DNA of 63,477 bases, the filler included, from Folioceros fuciformis (taxonomy: Eukaryota): the NCBI GenBank assembly GCA_049999805.1. It is 11 parts of 11 records of this genome, joined end to end, with 100 filler letters (N's around TTAATTAATTAA, not from the genome) between each part and the next. Parts side by side here need not be neighbours in the genome. Positions count along the whole stretch, not along the records: positions 56,313 to 61,771 come from JBNGIO010001788.1; positions 61,872 to 63,477 come from JBNGIO010001789.1; 9 more parts are not named here. The stretch is one strand, 5' to 3'. Positions 59,983 to 63,477 of the stretch are shown in pieces. Position numbers and translations under genes: made by a program. The first letter of the stretch is position 1. Every line of letters starts with the position of its first letter. The notes beneath the pieces are model-generated. The model was not told where the DNA came from. It did no database searches and saw only the letters and a program-made list of their open reading frames with translations.

Positions 59983-62886
59983 TCTGCTGCTCCGTGCCAC
60001 AAACCAAAACCCTAAACGACGCCACCAGCAAACAGCAAAGAGCAAGAGCAGCAAGAGGGACGTGAGGGGGCCGGCCAAGGAGGAAGGAAGGAGGAAGGAA
60101 GGCAGCAAGGAAGCAGGCGCGGAGGGATCCTTGACACGGCCAACCACCTTCACCGCGGAACAAGACAGCGACAACAAGAAACGAAACCATAGGAAACGAG
60201 AAGGGAACTCCGGGACGAAACGAAAGCCAAGTACTGTATGCATGCATTTCTTTTACCAGGTGGGAATAAAATTTGTTAGACATGTGTGTACCGGAGGGAG
60301 TGTCCACAGCACTGCACAGCGCAGAACAGCAGAGCAGAGCACAGCACAGCTGAGAGCTGCAGCTGCATTGATACATGGCGTACCTACATGTGGGGTGGTG
60401 GGAAGGGGAAGCACAGCCCGAGTAAAACGTGGCCGGTAGCTGCTTCACATCAGATGCCTTCTCCCTCCTGGCTTCCTTTCTCCTTTACAGCACGTGCGGG
60501 GGCGCACCATTCTCACCGCTCCGGATAAACGTCCACGTCACGCACCTCGGTGGCGCGGACCCTGGCCCGGTGAATCCCGGGCCGCCACCTCGCCGACGCG
60601 GGATCGAATCACGCACGCTGCAAAAAAACTCTGCGTGCCGTGCTTCGGCATTTAATCTTGACGCGCTCTCCCGGCCCGTTCGTCCCTCCGTTCCCGTTAG
60701 GATCTGCTTGCATTACATTGCATTGCATTGCATTGCATCGCATCGCATCGCATCGCATCACATCGCCATCACATCGCATCGTACCGCATCCTATCGCATC
60801 GCCCGACCCCGCCCGCCCTAACGGATTCCGTTTCTCCGTAGATGCTCACATTAGATTAGGCCGCACCGGGCCCCCCTTGCTTAATTAATGCGCGGAGTGA
60901 AATGATATGACACGACTTGGCCTGGCCCGACCCGGCCCGGCCTGCCTGCGATTACGTAGTCAAGTGAAAGTGAACATTTCCCTTCTGACTGCGCATTGAC
61001 CCACCCATCAGCGTGACATGGATGATGATACACATAGGAGAGCAAGGTCCAGGGTGCAGGGTGCAGGAAGGAAGGAAGGCTGGCTGGCTGGCTGGCTGGC
61101 AGGATCTCTCGTCGCCTCCGTCCATGCCGGGACTCGAATAACTATGAGAGTTGTGAGAGCACAGTGACTGAAGAGTCAGTGAGAGTGAGTAAGTGAGTCA
61201 GTCAGTCATCAGTCTCCATGAGTACAGTACAGCACTGGCTCTGTATGGTATGTAAAGTACCCAGATCGGGGTGTGGTGTGGGCTGTGGGCTTCTCCTGGG
61301 TGTGTTCAACACAGCCCCTTTTGACTCGCTGCCAGATTGGTGTGTGTGGTATGTGTGGATGGATGGTGGTCGCCCCAAGGAAAAGGGAAAGGGAAGAGGA
61401 AGATGACTGCACTGGTTCCGGCTTCCATCGCCTCCACGTTAGCCGTTGCTCTTTGTTGCTTAATTAGTTAGTTAAGTACGGTGGTGTTCATGGGACAGGA
61501 TGACTGTGTTTTGTGATGTGGGTTTGGGATTGGTGTGACGGTGGCTGGGCTGGCTGAGTGATGGGTGAGGGAGGGAGGGAAGGAAGGAGGGAGAGAAGGA
61601 AGGAGGGAGAGACATGGCCACGCATTGCCCACATAACACACCCGTCCCGAATCCAACTCTCTGTGTGGCCCGGCCCTGGTAACTTTGTCCTGCCAGAGAT
61701 AGGGAAAGGGAAAGGGAAAGGGAAAGGGAAGGAGCAAGGGCGGCAGCGGGAGGGACTCGGTAGGGGAGGGANNNNNNNNNNNNNNNNNNNNNNNNNNNNN
61801 NNNNNNNNNNNNNNNTTAATTAATTAANNNNNNNNNNNNNNNNNNNNNNNNNNNNNNNNNNNNNNNNNNNNGTCCAGGCAAGCGAGCGCACGTAGTGTTC
61901 TGAGGGTGTGGGTGCAGATGGTGGCTGCTCCGTGACTAGAATTTCGGGGACGAATCAGGAGGAAGAGCCTCGCCGAGTGGGAGTTGAGCTCCCCAGCTAT
62001 CCCCGTGACAATTGCATAGAAGGGTGAGAGAACTGGAGGCCAAATCCGCGAGTCTGGAGTGGAAGAGGGTAACCCTTCCCTTAACCTCTGGTGATCCCAC
62101 CTTTTTCCCAAAATATAGAGAGAGGAGAAGGCCCTGGCTCAATTTAAAAACCCTCAAAGATAGACTGGATAGTTCCTCGCCTGACACTAAGCAATCTATT
62201 ACCAAATATAAACAGAATATCCAGAAAAACATCAATGAAGTTGCTGATCTTTTGAGGTTTATGGACCCTAAGCTTTAAAGAGTAGAGGCTGGATGCTCTC
62301 ATTCAGTAACTGATCCCTCAGCACCATGAATTCTTCCGTACAAAGGAGCGAAGCGAGAGCAGCAGGAACAATACTTGTTCATATTCGAAGTGGTGCATTT
62401 CCACTTGCATCTCTTCCATACTGCTTTCCGTGTTATTGTGAATGGTGTACCTAACCTATCGTTTCACATGGACAAGACACGACGGTTAGGTTTTCGTTTT
62501 TAAGAAAGGTCTCTTTTGAACATGAAACTTCTTTTAAGTTTTTAGGGTTCTTTTCTACTTACCCGTTCACACTAGACCTGGATGACATGCGCAGGACTAC
62601 GTTGTTCATATGACTCCGCACTTTCGTTGCTGGCTCTTCCTCTTTAGATCATATACCCCGAAAAAATGGTATATCTTCCACATCCTACGCATAGTAGTTT
62701 GGTTTTATTAATTTCTTAGAGACCAAACCAGTCATCCACTCCCATAATGCATAAGTGTACTCACCTGTTGTTCAGGAACCATAGTTTCTTGATGCTCGTA
62801 GGTACCTTATGACCTCAACCTCTCAGTTGGATACGTTGATAAGAAGCTTCAACAGTTTAAGTTTGCAGCTTGCACTCAACACAAGC

Positions 62887-63096
62887 ATGGCAAACCATGT
62901 CTCGTTTAGTTCTGATGTCAAAGATAAGGATAGGTTTAGAGGTACTGGCTATTCTATCTGGCGAGTTCGAATGAGAACTATTCTCACAGCTCAAGGTGTT
63001 TGGTCTAGTGTCGATGGTTCCTTTAAGAAACCTGACCCACAAACCAAACCTGATGAATTTGCCAAATGGAAGCATAACAATGGTGCTGCAATGGCG
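62887..63096 (+). mobile_element. Copia gag N-terminal fragment
   Basis: RFRGTGYSIWRVRMRTILTAQGVWSSVDGS...KWKHNNGAAM, then unrelated sequence. Confidence 0.75.
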
Positions 63097-63477
63097 TGCA
63101 AACAAAAAGGGGTGTGGACACCCTCACAAAGGGCCTACCTAGTAGGATTTTGTTTGGCCTCCCTCGTTATTGGAATTAAGATTAATAAAGCAATAACGTG
63201 TTGATACGAAGAAGGCTGCCTATGTGTGCCTCACGACTTGGCAAGCGTACGACTATGTGCGCTGGAACCCTACTGTAACGTGACGCTTGATCGATGAGAA
63301 CCACAATTCATTTGAGGTTCTACGGCCATGGGAAGCTCCGACGTTGTGGGGTGGTGGCCATGTCATAGGCCCCTCCAGAAAAATAGGGAAGAAAATAGGA
63401 AAGGGGAAATTAGGAAAATAAAAAGAAAAGGAATACGGGGGTACGTATATGGTATACGTATCAGTACGTATTAAATA

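Noticed and set aside
57033-60888. Many long overlapping ORFs (up to 287 aa)
   Set aside because: They are low-complexity translations of microsatellites and GC-rich sequence, with no recognisable domain or small-peptide motif such as CLE.
5323-61871. Regularly recurring TTAATTAATTAA palindrome flanked by Ns
   Set aside because: It is an assembly or concatenation linker, not a biological repeat or CRISPR array. ORFs ending XXX-LIN are artefacts.
61872-62278. 88-aa ORF at the start of the last contig
   Set aside because: No family could be recognised, and it is truncated by the linker.

Overview
This is eukaryotic nuclear DNA from a plant, very probably a hornwort (Anthoceros-like). The main clue is a PLS-PPR protein ending in a GRP-type DYW:KP domain; short introns and compact gene spacing fit too. 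The window is not contiguous: 11 contigs are joined by artificial N44-TTAATTAATTAA-N44 linkers, so adjacency across linkers means nothing. About half the window is decayed or nested transposon DNA (Ty1/Copia, Ty3/Gypsy, a recurrent ~1 kb LTR family, L1-type LINEs, a CRE-like LINE and a MULE transposase). Host genes are a 5'-truncated, intron-rich GSL1/GSL5-like callose synthase, an L-type lectin with a stop in its signal peptide, a decayed polyubiquitin, and a dense gene island (NMT1/THI5-like binding protein, PhoD phosphatase, plastid Cpn10, DUF3598, a UCP012943-like protein and H2A.X). The most notable locus is an intact, intronless candidate U-to-C RNA-editing factor with an OSB-type PDF ssDNA-binding motif in front of its PPR array. 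A broken paralogue lies on another contig. All family calls come from motif recognition by eye; no searches were run.
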